Assembly (NCBI GenBank): GCA_964016885.1
Contig: OZ024740.1
Coordinates: 152,954,001-153,018,000, forward strand
Reading direction: 5' to 3'
Source: Eledone cirrhosa
Lineage: Eukaryota
DNA length: 64,000 bases
Part shown: piece after piece, positions 43,027-56,054 of the stretch
How the letters are laid out: each line of letters starts with the position of its first letter
Numbering within the stretch: position 1 is the first letter of the stretch
Translations under genes and position numbers: made by a program
The notes under the pieces: generated by a model
Database searches by the model: none
What the model was told of the DNA's origin: nothing
Seen by the model: the letters and a program-made list of their open reading frames with translations, nothing else

Positions 43027-43646
43027 CTGAAAAACAAAGTTTATATAAGAATGAAATAGAACCTATGGAAGACGGGATGAAATCGTGAAAAATAACCTCA
43101 AGAAACTGAACCTCACAAGACCAAGTTGTATGCGGATATGCCATAATGCAAAAGACCTATCCCCAAGTACAAGTACAGTGACATTAAAAGTAAGTGGTGA
43201 GAGACTGGAAGTTATAGCCTGCACCCTTCTAATTTATACAATCCTAACCCCCATCAATGCCTCCCCAAAGATATTGAGCACTCTAGTGTTGCAATGAGGT
43301 AGTGTTGGTGCCACAATAAAACTCACTCAGCCCAATCTGTAAGATGGTAGTGCTGGTGCCACAATGAAAGGCAGCCAGCCAGTTGTAGTGCCAGAGTCAT
43401 GATAAAATGTTCCCAGTACATGCTGTAAAGTAGTTGGTGTTAGGAAAGGTATCCAGTTGTAGGAACCATTCTTCTAGTACATGCTGTAAAATGGTTAACA
43501 TTAGGAAGTGTATCCAGCCATAGGAACCAAGCTTAAACAGAATGTTTAAGCAGGACGTGGTCCCTGACCTGTCTAGCCTCAGCACATGACAACTCACTTA
43601 ACCAAAGCAGCCAGGGAAAATAGATGTTAAACAGTGATGATGATGA

Positions 43647-43846
43647 TTAACCCTTTAGCATTTAAACCAGCTGTATCCAACCAGAATTCTCTCACCTCTT
43701 TCTGTTCAAACCAGCTGTAAATAGCCGCTCAGACTGATGTTAAGGTACTGTTCTCAAAATAAATAATATCAAAATCTCAGATTTGATATTACGTGAGGTA
43801 AAGCCTTTACGGTGAAAATAGAGTAAAGTAAATGCTAAAGGGTTAA
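43647..43846 (+). mobile_element. piggyBac-like MITE, family 1
   Basis: TTAA TSD and TIR CCCTTTAGCATTTA / TAAATGCTAAAGGG. Confidence 0.88.
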
Positions 43847-43939
43847 ACATATCATATATTGGTTCATGTACAGCTTTATTTTTTAATGATATTGTGTTAG
43901 TGCTATCACTAATTTATATAATAAAAGTATACAACTTAC

Positions 43940-44075
43940 CTTGTTCAGCCTTTTGTTTAATGAAATCAAGCCCATCTGCAACAAAAACCTTCATACGAGA
44001 ATCTTCTTTGAAATCAAACCATTTTGTAGCTACTTTAACCATTTCTGGGTCAATCTCAACAGCATCAATTGTAGC
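43940..44075 (-). CDS. METTL13: METTL13 exon
   Basis: ATIDAVEIDPEMVKVATKWFDF...VFVADGLDFI; phase 0/1. Confidence 0.93.
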
Positions 44076-44407
44076 CTTTAAAAAAAACACCAGAAAAAAC
44101 AGAAATATATAAACAAAATGGTTGACTGAAGAAGCATTAGAAATGTTTGAAATATGTGTAACCCAACACAAATGACCATAATAATAATCGATCACAATAA
44201 ATAATACTTTAAGAAATCAGCTAAAGTACTTCTGTAGATAAAAATGACACAAAGAGAGGGAGAGAAAAAGTCACAGCCTCTGTCCAGTGTTCTCTGTCTC
44301 CAGGGATACTTGACCAGATTTTATCAACTATTATTTTGGTCATTTGCATTCATATCCCATAGACAATGTCTGGCAGCTTCTGTGGTTCAATAAAAACGTT
44401 AGTGGTT

Positions 44408-45903
44408 TCATCATCATCATCATCATCATCAGGTTTAGCGTCCGTGTTCCACGCTTGCATGGGTTTGGACGGGGGTTTTCCCACTTGAGGCAAGAGTGGT
44501 TGTCTTGCTCGCATAGGACTGTCTGGCGGGTTTTCTACAGTTGGATGCCCTTCCTAACACCAACCACATTTACAGTGTGGGGCTGGGAGGTTTTTACCGT
44601 GTTGCCTACACGGCCACATTACAGCGTGGACTGTCTGGCGGGTTTTCTACAGCTGGATGCCCTTCCTAACACCAACCACATTTACAGTGTGGGGCTGGGA
44701 GGTTTTTACCGTGTTGCCTCACGGCCACATTTACAGCGTGGACTGTGTGTTTTTTTGTCGTGACACCTACACGATCTCATTTGTTTCGGCCTGGATGTTG
44801 TGGGACCAACATAACTGTACATTGAAAGGGGCGGTGTGGAGGTGGGGGGGGGGGGGGGGGGGGGTGATAGAGATGCCTACTGACTGTAGTAGGTTTTTAC
44901 TTTGTATTTAGGTAAGGCGGGTCTTCTCTATTACTGAGTACCGCCAAAGGTCTCGGTCCAGTGACATTGTCTTGGAGAGGTGTAAGCGTGTGAGGTCGGA
45001 ATTTATCAGCTCGTCCCATGTTTTTCTGGGTCTGCCTACTCCGTGGCTACCGTCTATCTTTATTGCCCTGCACTTTGTTATACAGCTGTCGTCTTTCATG
45101 CGCATCACGTGACCGTACCAACGTAGCCTTCTCTCGAGTAAACAACATCTGATCCCTCTTATTTCTAATTTTTTCTTTAGTTCGTTTATGCTTTGCCGTT
45201 CACGTATATTACTATTGCACATCCAGCGGAGCATGCAAGCTTCGTTCCTCTCTAGTCTGCGTATATCCTCTGCACACAATGCCCAGGTCTCACTGCCATG
45301 CAGCATTGCTGTTCGTATGCAGGCATCGTATAACCTGCCTTTCATTTTTAGGGAGAACCCTCTAGCGGCTAATAGTGGTATAAGCTCTCTGAACTTTTTC
45401 CATCCAGTTCTGACTCTAGCTACTGTACTTTCAGAGCACCCTCCCCCACTGCTGATTTTGTCACCCAGGTAACGGAAGCTGTCCACTATTTCTATAGAAC
45501 CCTCTGCGCAGTTGAAGGAGCTAGTATTTTGTGGGCACTTGCTGCTACTTATTGCACCAGAGCACCGGCCACATGTAAAATCTATGTTCTTAGTTAGCTT
45601 ACCTGTGATCCCACTACATCTTTTATGCACCCATACTTTGCATTTGGGACATAAAATGGAGTTTCTACCTACGCCTTTCCTACACACTGAGCATGGCCAT
45701 TTCCCAGATGGGACTGCCGCCATATTTTCTTTCCTACAAACTAGAACTTTTGTCTTAGCCAGGTTAATTTTAAGGCCTTTTGATTCTAGGCCGTGCTTCC
45801 ATGTTTGGAATTTCTTCTCTAGTTCGGTCATTGATTCAGCTATGAGCGTTAGATCATTTGCGTATAGGAGTTCCCATGGGCAGCCGGTCTTGAACTCCTC
45901 TGT
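44408..45903 (-). mobile_element. RTE-clade LINE, 5'-truncated, intact 3' ORF
   Basis: 307-aa open frame with RT C-terminus and Cys/His finger; (GAT)n tail. Confidence 0.94.
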
Positions 45904-46220
45904 TTATTATACCTTACTTAGAATACAGTGTGGGTTGGCACTCATTTCTAGAGACCTCATCCAATCCAATCAAGTATGGAAAAATGATGATAGTGTGTAC
46001 ACTATCATTCCCACCGCTATTATTATCATCATCATTTGTTTTAATTTGCCAACTTTGAGTAATTAAAGAAGCCTCTATGGAATGGACGGGTGGGGGTTGT
46101 CACTTGACATGCTAGAAATATTAACAACCATATTTCTTATGAAATGTACTGCTAATGTATTTGAAATATGTTTCAAAAATAATCAAGAATTTAGTAAAGT
46201 AACTAACTTCTCCATTATTA

Positions 46221-46392
46221 AGTGGATTGGCAGTATCAGTAGAGAGTCGGACACCATGCTTTGAAGCGTAGAGTTACGTCCCTTTATGATCTGAGTTCAA
46301 ATCCCACCGAGGTTAACTTTGCCTTTCATCCTTACGGGGTCGATAAAATAAAGTACCAGTAATTGCTGGCCTTGTGCCAAAAGTAGAAACAA
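46221..46392 (+). mobile_element. SINE family B with TSD attattaag, nested in a MITE
   Basis: B box gagttcaaatcc, core ttgcctttcatccttacggggtcgataaaataaagtaccag; flanking direct repeat. Confidence 0.8.
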
Positions 46393-47084
46393 TTATTAAG
46401 CTGATGTTTGGAACATAACTAAGGTTTTTAGTTACAATAATGATAAAAGGTTTAAATTCACATATAAACAATTGGTAACTTGTGCATGTATCTTTACCAT
46501 ATGAGTGGAATTATATACCTTATGAATGAAATTACTTGTAATTCAAAGATCCATCGCTGTCACAATCATGCTGATTCAGGTTAGGAATTATATTATAGAA
46601 CTGAATGCTCAACCTAGAAACTGATGTGGGCTTCACCATCATCACGACTATATTGTCACCAAGCAAGGCAGATAACTCTGTTAAGCTTATTTTTCTTGAC
46701 TAACAAACAGATTCCACTTCAGCTCTACTTAGATGATGGGAGGATTTTCTGCTGTCAGAAAAAAACATCTTACTCAAGCTTGAATAAAAAAATTAATGGA
46801 CTAAAACAAAATACAAACATGTATACAATACACACAGCCATGTATATATGCATGCATGCCCTCATGCACTGCAAGAAGCGTGTTCAGCCAGCGTTTATCT
46901 TCATTTCATGGCGTGAAGCGACAGAGCACAATACTTGCCCCTGGACAGGACGCCAGTCCATCACAGGGTTAAAACCCCAGCTATTGCTGATATGCATTTT
47001 CAGCTGATTACACTGGAGCAACGCGAAATGAAGCGTTTTCTCAAGAACACAATACGCAACCCAATCCAGGAATTGGACCCACGA

Positions 47085-47897
47085 ACAGCAATGCTACAAG
47101 GCAGTGAGACATGGGCATTGCGTGCAGAGGACCTGCGCAGACTGGAAAGGAACAAAGCATGCATGCTCCGTTGGATGTGTAATAGTAATATACATGAACG
47201 GCAAAGCATAAATGAACTAAGTGAGACATTAGGAATATGAGGGATCAGATGCTGTTTACTTGAGAGAAGACTACGTTGGTATGCTCACGTGATGCGCATG
47301 AAAGATGACAGCTGTATAAAAAAAGTGCAGGGCGATCAAAATTGACAGTAGTTATGGAGTAGGTAGACCCAGGAAAACCTGGGACGATCTGATAAATTCC
47401 GACCTTACACACTTGCACATCTCTAGGACAATGTCACTGGAACGAGATCTTTGGCGTTTTGCAGTAATACAGAAGACCCGCCTTGCCTAAGTACAAAGCG
47501 AAACCTACAGCCAGTAGGCACCTCTTAACAAAATATACACCCCAATCCACTACCCCTACCCTATCCTCCCATTCCCAACACCACCCTCTCTCTGTAAAGT
47601 TGGTACCACAACATCCAGTCCAAAATAATGAGATCGAGATCGTGTAGGTGTCACGACAAAAAAACGCAGTCCACGCTGTAATGTGGCCGTGTAGGTAACA
47701 CGGTAAAAAGTTCCCAGTTCCACGCTGTAAATGTGGTTGGTGTTAGGAAGGGCATCCAGCCATAGAAAACCTGCCAGATAGTCCTATATGAGCGAGACAC
47801 GATCACCCGACCAACCTTGCCTCAAGTGGGACAAGTCCCGTCTAACCCATGCTAGCGTGGAAGATGGACGTTAAACGAAGATGATGATGATGATGAT
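47085..47897 (+). mobile_element. RTE-clade LINE 3' fragment (opposite orientation to neighbours)
   Basis: RTAMLQGSETWALRAEDLRRLER...; same 3' UTR and (GAT)n tail. Confidence 0.92.
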
Positions 47898-48186
47898 TAG
47901 AATCCTAAGTCCAACACCCTTACCACTAGATCACGTGCCTTCAATGTATATATACATAGTTTTTAAAAAAAGTTTGTTCCAAGGCATCAGATCAGTGCTT
48001 ATACCTGGTTTCATCTTTCAATAATATCAAGTGACAGAGTATAAGACTTCCCCCTGATATCACTCATTCTCAGCTGAGTGTATTGCAACATGAAATGGGT
48101 GTATTACACCACCTAGTCCAAGAATCAAACCCACGACATTATGCTAGACACTTTTATACTCATCAATAGGAAATATTATTAGATAC

Positions 48187-48263
48187 CTTTTCAAAAACAT
48201 GGTGCATATAAGTGGCCAGCACTCCTCCTCCAAGTCCAATAATCAATACACGAAAACCAGAAT
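48187..48263 (-). CDS. METTL13: METTL13 exon (C-terminal domain SAM-binding motif)
   Basis: 77 nt, NSGFRVLIIGLGGGVLATYMHHVFEK; gacag/GTATCT, phase 1/0; not in the ORF track. Confidence 0.92.
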
Positions 48264-48288
48264 CTGTCAAATAAGAAATATATTTAAT

Positions 48289-48477
48289 TGTTTCTACTTT
48301 AGACACAAAGCCAGCAATTACACAGTACATTAGTGGTACTTTATTTTATCGACCCCGTAAGGATGAAAGGCAAAGTTAAACTTCGGCGGGATTTGAACTC
48401 AGACTGTAAAGGGACGTAACTATGCTAGAAAGCATGGCGTCCAACCCTCTACCGATACTGCCAATTCACCGCCCTCT
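48289..48477 (-). mobile_element. SINE family B with 20 bp TSD
   Basis: TSD aaataagaaata(t/a)atttaat at 48269-48288 and 48478-48497. Confidence 0.88.
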
Positions 48478-48610
48478 AAATAAGAAATAAATTTAATGAA
48501 GCCAAGAATAGATACTTGATTATATTTACAGAATTAATCTGAAACTTAATATATATGGACAGACTTTCGTATCTGAGTTATTTTTCTCTCTTCACTCACT
48601 ATATATATAT

Positions 48611-51600
48611 ATCATCATCATCATCATCATCATCATCGTTTAACGTCCATATTCCATGCTTGCATGGGTTTGGACGGGGGTTTTCCCACTTGAGGCAAGA
48701 GTGGTTGTCTTGCTCGCATAGGACTGTCTGGCGGGTTTTCTACAGCTGGATGCCCTTCCTAACACCAACCACATTTACAGTGTGGAACTGGGAGGTTTTT
48801 ACCGTGTTGCCTACACGGCCACATTACAGCGTGGGCTGTGTGTTTTTTTGTCGTGACACCTACACGACCTCATTTGTTTCGGGCTGGATGTTGTGACACC
48901 AACATAACTTTACATTGAAGGGGTGGTGTGGATAGGGTGGGGGTAGTGGGACGGGGTGTATTTTGTTAGAGGTGCCTACTGACTGTAGTAGGTTTCACTT
49001 TGTACTTAGGTAAGGCGGGTCTTCTCTATTATTGTGTAGCGCCAAAGCTCTCGGTCCAGTGACATTGTCTTGGAGAGGTGCAAGTGTGTGAGGTCGGAAT
49101 TTATCAAGTCGTCCCAGGTTTTTCTGGGTCTGCCTACTCCGTGGCTACCGTCTATTTTTATTGCCCTGCACTTTTTTATACAGCTGTCGTCTTTCATGCG
49201 CATCACGTGACCATACCAACATAGTCTTCTCTCGAGTAAACAACATCTGATCCCTCTTATTTCTAATTTCTCCCTTAGTACGTTTATGCTTTGCCGTTCA
49301 CGTATGTTACTATTTCACATCCAGCGGAGCATGCAAGCTTCGTTTCTCTCCAGTCTGTGTATATCCTCTGCACACAATGCCCAGGTCTCACTGCCATGTA
49401 ACATTGCTGTTCGTATGCAGGCATCATACAGCCTGCCTTTCATTTTTAGAGAGAACCCTTTAGCGGCCAATAGTGGTATAAGCTCTCTGAACTTTTTCCA
49501 TCCCGTTCTGACCCTAGCTACTGTACTTTCAGAGCACCCTCCCCCACTGCTGATATTATCACCCAGGTAACGGAAGCTGTCCACTATTTCTATAGAACCA
49601 TCTGTGCAATGAAATGAGTTAGTATTCTGTGGGCACTTGCTGCTACTTATTGCACCAGAGCACCTGCCACATATAAAATCTATATTCTTAGATAGTTTAC
49701 CTGTGATCCCACTACATCTTTTATGTACCCATACTTTGCATTTGGGACATAAAATGGAGTTTCTACCTACTCCTTTCCTACACACTGAGCATGGCCATTT
49801 GCCAGATGGGACCGGTGCCCTATTTTCCTTCCTACAAACTAGAACTTTAGTCTTAGACAAGTTAACTTTAAGGCCTTTTGATTCTAGGCCATGCTTCCAT
49901 GTTTGGAATTTCTTCTCTAGTTCAGCTATGAGCATTAGATCATCTGCATATAGGAGTTCCCATGGGCAGCCAGTCTTGAATTCCTCTGTTATAGCCTGAA
50001 GAGCAATAATAAATAGTAGAGGGCTAAGAACAGAGCCCTGATGGACACCAACTTTTACGCTAAACTCTTCACTATATTCGTTGTTAATTCTAACCTTGCT
50101 GGCTGTTTCTTTATACATGGCTTGTATAGCTCTCACAAGCCATTCATCAACACCTAGTTTTCTAAGGGCCCACCAGATAATCGAGCGGGGTACTCTGTCA
50201 AAGGCTTTCTCCAAGTCAACAAAAGCTAAGTATAGGGTTTACTTTTAGCTAGGTACTTCTCCTGTAGTTATCGTACAATGAAAAGAGCGTCTGTTGTACT
50301 TTTACCTGACACAAACCCGAACTGCATTTCATCTAGATCAATTCGCTCTCTGATTAGTTACGCTATTACTTTTTCTGTGACCTTCATGACCTGGTCAATT
50401 AATTTAATGCCTCTATAGTTTCCCCTATCTAGGGCATCACCTTTACCCTTGTAGCAGTTAATGATGATGCTGCTGCGCCAGTCCTTCGGAACGACCCCAT
50501 TCTGTATGACTTGGTTTACTATCCGGGTGACCATAGTGTGTCCCACCGTTTCAGATGCTTTCAGCATTTTGGCAACTATTTCCGAAGGCCCGGCCGCCTT
50601 GCCCGTCTTCATGTCTTTGATCGCCTTACTTATTATACTACCTTCAACTTGCACTGCTGGTCCCTCTATTGGGTCGATGTGGGGGAGACTGTCTTTCTCA
50701 CAATTATTCTCCTCATTTAGTAGCCTTTTGTAGTGATACTCCCAAGCTACCTTCTTATCAGCGTCAGTGATGGCAAGTACACCATCATCATTTAGGGCAC
50801 ACTTCTCCCCGACAATATCACTGTTTTCCTTGACACATTGCCTAGCAATCCTGAACACCTCACGTTTTTGGTCCTCGCGTTGTAGAACATGCTTGAACTT
50901 TCTTTCCTCCTGCTTCCCTTCTTGCGAAGTACACTTGTCTCCTAGCTTCCCTCCTGGCCACTTGATAGTCTTCTCTACTTCCCCCATGCCGCCATGCTTT
51001 CCAAGCCTGCTTTTTGGCCTTGATTGACCTCTCCACCTTACTGTTCCACCACCAAGTTACTCTCCTCCTGCCTATAGGTCTGCTCCAGCCACAGGTTTCA
51101 TCTGTCGCCTTCAGCAGGTTAGCTTTCAGGAATTCCCACTGTTCCTCTATATTGTACGACTCTAATTGCTCTTCCTTACTATCAAAAGCATCAAGTAATA
51201 TGCTTTTAAATTTATGACTGGCTGTGGGGTCCTTTAATTTCCATATTTTTCTCCTGAGGATAGTCCTCTTCTGTTGTCGAATACGTCTCGTCCTGACTAT
51301 GAGGTCGCTGATTATGAGTCTATGTTGAGACGTGCATTCTTCATGGGGAAGGGATTTAGTGTTTACAACAGACACTGTGTCACGTCTCCTGGTAAGGATA
51401 TAATCTACCTGGCTTGTGTGTTCCCCCGATCTATAGTGATCAGGTGATTGTCTCGTTTTTTGAAGTTAGTGTTACAGATAGTTAGGTTATTTGCGTCACA
51501 GAATTCCAGGATTCTGGAGCCTTCCTCATTTCTAGTACCAAACCCATAGCCTCCATGGATTCCGTCATAGCCATCACAATGTTGTCCAACGTGACCATTT

Positions 51601-52125
51601 AGGTCGCCTGCAATAATTATATAGTCAGTGTCTCATAGAATCTGTCTTTTATAGTGCCGGGCAGTCCGGATTGGGGTGTGTACGCAGATATTACTGTCAC
51701 CGTAGTTCTATTGAGGACAAGTCTTATTTTAATTATTCTGTCGTTCACTCTATTTACGTCTATTATCTTATCTGCCCACTTTTCTGCTACTATGATTCCT
51801 ACTCCACCCAGCCCATTGTTATTTCCCACCCAGAAAAGCTTATAGCATCGTTGTTTACCCACAATGAATCTAGCAGACCCACCCCTCCACCTGGTCTCTT
51901 GAATACAACAAACATCGACCTCCTTACGTTAAAGCATTTCTACAACCTTGTTAGAGCGACCCTTTAAGGTGCCTACATTCATGGTACCAACTCTGAAGTT
52001 TTGGATTGTGTTTGGATGGTGGGAGCGGGGGGGTTATGTTAGCCATCCGCGGCCGAAACAAAGAGGAGTGCTTGCATTCTCGTCCACGAGGTGAATTTGT
52101 CTTTATCTTTATATGAATTTGCTTT
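48611..52125 (-). mobile_element. near full-length RTE-clade LINE (APE endonuclease + RT), disrupted
   Basis: RVGTMNVGTL, CCIQETRW, ISAYTPQSG, DLEKAFDRVPR, GVHQGSVLSPLLF, LLYADDL; several stops/frameshifts; (TA)n at both flanks. Confidence 0.95.
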
Positions 52126-52204
52126 ATATATATATATATAAAACCTTAAGCATACTCTAGGCGACATAAGGCACTGATGGAGTAATCTCCCCTTAATATA
52201 TAAT

Positions 52205-52390
52205 TGTTTCTACTTTTGGCACAAGGCCAGCAAATACTCAGTACATTACTGGTACTTTATTTTATCGACCCTATAAGGATGAAATGCAAAGTTAACCTCG
52301 ACGGGATTTGAACTCAGACCGTAATGAGACATAACTATGCTAGAAAGCATGGCATCCAACCCTCTACCGATACTGCCACTTCACCGCCCT
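52205..52390 (-). mobile_element. SINE family B with TSD ttaatatataat
   Basis: Near-identical to 48289-48477. Confidence 0.85.
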
Positions 52391-52849
52391 TAATATATAA
52401 TGCCGTCAAGGGAAGCAATTCATAAAGATTTCTAGCATGCTAAAGATTAAATATATGTATACATAGGCACAGGTATACCTGTGTGGTTAAGGAGTTCATT
52501 TCATAACCACATGGTTTCGGGCTCAGTTCCACTGTATGTCACCTTGTTTGAGTGTCTTTTAATGTAGCTTCTAATCAGATTGTACAATTAAATTTAGTAT
52601 GGCTCAGGTTTCTGCCCCTACATATTGTTTATTCCTCTACATCAATGGCCTACTTGCTGTCATATATAACAACACTCACTCTTATACAAATGATGCTACA
52701 ATTCTTCTCTACCTTAACCCAACTGTCAACCATATGCAAACAAGACACCTCATGCCAGCACTATGAACAGTGACCTCAAAGGCATCTCACAACAGCAAAC
52801 ACAAAATACAACTGCTCATATCAAGAAAATATCATTGCACCTCACAATT

Positions 52850-53050
52850 TTAACCCTTTAGCATTTACATTACTCTATATTTACTATTGTATTTTCACAG
52901 TAATCACTTCATTTCACATAATATCGAATCTACAAAATTTTGAGAACAATACCTTAACATAAGTATGAGCAGCCGGTTATGGCCAGTTTGAACAGAAAGA
53001 GTTGAGAGAATTCTGGTCGGATATGGTTGGTTGAAATGTTAAAGGGTTAA
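52850..53050 (-). mobile_element. piggyBac-like MITE, family 1
   Basis: TTAA-CCCTTTAGCATTT ... AAATGTTAAAGGG-TTAA, internal sequence reversed relative to 43647. Confidence 0.82.
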
Positions 53051-53953
53051 ATATGAGCATGCAACTAAGAAACTCATAATTGTTCTAGGTGTTAAACTCA
53101 CATCCTTAACATAACTAAGAGAACATCTCAAGGATTGGTAAACTTCTTCAGAGATAGAAAATATTTCAGTTAATAACAATTACCAGACCTGCACTTCCAT
53201 CTGGGACAGTGCTGTCTAAGATTGCATCCAAAGAAAAACTACTTGACTGAGTGGTACAAAATACTCACTGTCCCTCAGATATGCTGTCTCATCTCTAGCT
53301 TTTCTACTGCAACAACAATAACTTCTGCTCCTCAGAGCTATCTAGTCTCATGACATCTCTACTCTGGTACTCTTGATTCACTCATCACATCACACATGTT
53401 ATTTACAACCCCATCAAGCTCTGCACTAACTATTATGCTCAGTTTTTTCCTCCCATCCTCTACAGTAATTTCCTCCTTACTCATGCCTTTCCTGTAGTTG
53501 TTAAATTGCAACAGTTTAAGCAGAACATTACCCAGATTTTTCTTTTTGTGCGAGTTGCCATCAAGACATCCGGTGTCTTCTCAATCCTCAGACTGCTGTT
53601 TTCCTCCACAAAATCAGGAGTGCATCTCTCTTGAGGAAAGAGCCCCATGAGGGGGAATGGCTGATGCAATGAGTGTTGTTGGCTGTTCTCCAGGGAAATT
53701 TATTCACCATCTTATTCATGGGGGCATTGCTGAGATGTATGTCCCAGCCAAAGGTGTAGAATTTGACCTTCCCATTATAAAATTTTTTCTCTTCACTCAC
53801 CTTTTCTTTTTCTCTTTTCTTATTTATATATGAATAATTAATAGATACAGCTTAACTGCAGCAATCATATAAACATTGACCCCTCCTCCAACCCTAGCAA
53901 AAACAAATAAAATACAAAAAAAATTAAGTTTCCATATAAGTAATTCAACTTAC

Positions 53954-54082
53954 TCATCAATTCATTGAAGTCTGGAAGTAGAATAAAACCAGCCACAGTG
54001 CTCATATGATGTTTGGAAGTAAGAAAATTTTTGTCAATAACAAATTGGTTTTTCCCCTTCTTAACTTTCCTCTTTTTGGTAT
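53954..54082 (-). CDS. METTL13: METTL13 exon
   Basis: DTKKRKVKKGKNQFVIDKNFLTSKHHMSTVAGF; phase 1/1. Confidence 0.88.
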
Positions 54083-54330
54083 CTGAAGTACAAAGAATGA
54101 TTATAAGTATGTGAGTGTATGTATGGATAGGCATGCAAATGTGTATGTATGAGTGTGTGTATGAGCGGCCAGTTATGGCAGGCCTGAATAGAAAAGGGGG
54201 TGAGAATTTGGGCTGGATATGGCTGGTTTAAATGCAAAATGCTCATGAGGAAAAAGCAGACCCCCAACTGATCTGGGCAGTCATTATATCCAATTAAGTA
54301 CTGACTTGGTCTATGATGGCCTGTCTAACC

Positions 54331-54586
54331 TTTGCTAGCAGAGAAAAACAGGTGTTACATCATGATGATGATATTTATTCAAAAGGGTTAATCCAACACT
54401 AATGATCTTCAATTTGGTATTTGTGCCAACTTTTACCTATTGTCATGAATCTTGGGTAATGACCGAAAGAATATGATCACAAATACAAGCGGCCAAAATA
54501 GGGTTCTTCTATTTGCTAGCAGAGAAAAACAGGTGTTACATGATGATGATGATATTTATTCAAAAGGGTTAATCCAACACTAATGA
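54331..54586 (+). repeat. 75 bp direct duplication flanking a 106 bp copy of 55343-55448
   Basis: 54331-54405 repeats at 54512-54586; the filler is identical to the downstream LINE segment. Confidence 0.9.
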
Positions 54587-54620
54587 GCTTGTCAATTTAC
54601 CCTCAAATTACCATACATAC

Positions 54621-54807
54621 CTGTCAGTATAAGACGGCTTTCTGACTGAATGAGAGACTGTCTACCAAGAAAAAACAGACGCCTGTAGTACTTTTCATCT
54701 TCTGCCAAGAAATTTTCAATTGTGTAGACACCATTCCATTCACTTCTTCCTTTCTCCATCACTTCCACATCCTTGCTAATGCTGTCATCAATAGACAGGT
54801 AAGGAAT
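54621..54807 (-). CDS. METTL13: METTL13 exon
   Basis: IPYLSIDD...YYRRLFFLGRQSLIQSESRL; phase 0/1; not in the ORF track. Confidence 0.92.
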
Positions 54808-55159
54808 CTAGAATGAAATAATTGATAATTTCATTTAACAACAATAATGGTTTCTAATTGAGGCCCAAGGCCAGCAACTTTAGGCGACAGGAAAGGTGCG
54901 CATTGCACTCTACATCGTCATCATCATCTTTGCTTAACATCTATCTTCCACGCTAGCATGGGTTAGACGGGAGTTGTCCCACTTGAGGCAAGGTTGGTCA
55001 GGTGACCGTGTCTTGCTCATATAGGACTATCTGGCAGGTTTTCTACGGATGGATGCCCTTCCTAACACCAACCACATTTACAGTGTGGAACTGGGAACTT
55101 TTTACCGTGTTACCTACACGGCCACATTACAGCGTGGACTGTGTGTTTTTTTTTTGTCG

Positions 55160-55790
55160 TGATGTGAATGGAATTCCACTGAAGCAGGTAGAGAAGTTCA
55201 AGTATCTTCGGACCATGTTCACGAGTGATGGAAGGCAGGATGCTGATTTAAGTGCAAGAATTGCAGGAGCTGGTGTAGTAATTACCAGCTTCAGCATTCA
55301 GTCAACAAAAGAAGGGAGGTAGGTGTAAAAACCAAACTCCTTATCTTCAATTTGGTATTTGTGCCAACTTTTACCTATTGTCATGAATCTTGGGTAATGA
55401 CCGAAAGAATATGATCACAAATACAAGCGGCCAAAATAGGGTTCTTCTGAAGAGTCATCTGAGTAATGATACTCGAAAGAGTGCATAGCTCAGAGATCAG
55501 AGAGTTGCTCCAAGTAGACCTGCTTCTTTTCCAAATTGAGAGATTACAGCTCCGATTTTATGGATATGTGGTTACAGTATCTCAGGAAAGAATTGCTGGA
55601 TACATTTTATCAGCCAGCAGGAGACCCAGAGATAGATCCTGAGCAAGAATGTTGAATAACATCCATGAGCTCAGCTGATCTCACTCGAGGATTCAGCTGG
55701 ATCCAATGGAGATAGTTCTTTCTGATAGGATCTGCTAGAAAACTCTGCTCCCACGACCCTCTCAGGAATAGGTGGGCGAAGAAGAACTTT
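55160..55790 (+). mobile_element. degraded RTE-like LINE 3' fragment (second family)
   Basis: LKQVEKFKYL..FTSDGRQ; related pieces at 30200-30460 and 56850-56975. Confidence 0.7.
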
Positions 55791-56054
55791 TTCATTATTA
55801 AGATGGTGTTTAGAACATAACTTAGTAAAGGCTCTTACAAATAATGATAGGAGATTTTTAGATAAACACAAAATCTTTAAACTAAACATCTTAGTATTAC
55901 TGAATCAGGGCCAGTTTCAGGTGGTTTGGTCTGAAAAGGGTTAACCATTTATGATTAGATTCAGCACATATGTTAATTAAGACATCCTACTAGGTCAGAA
56001 TTGATGTGAGACAAAACAACAGCAACAATATATAAGTGAAAAAAAAAAAATAAC

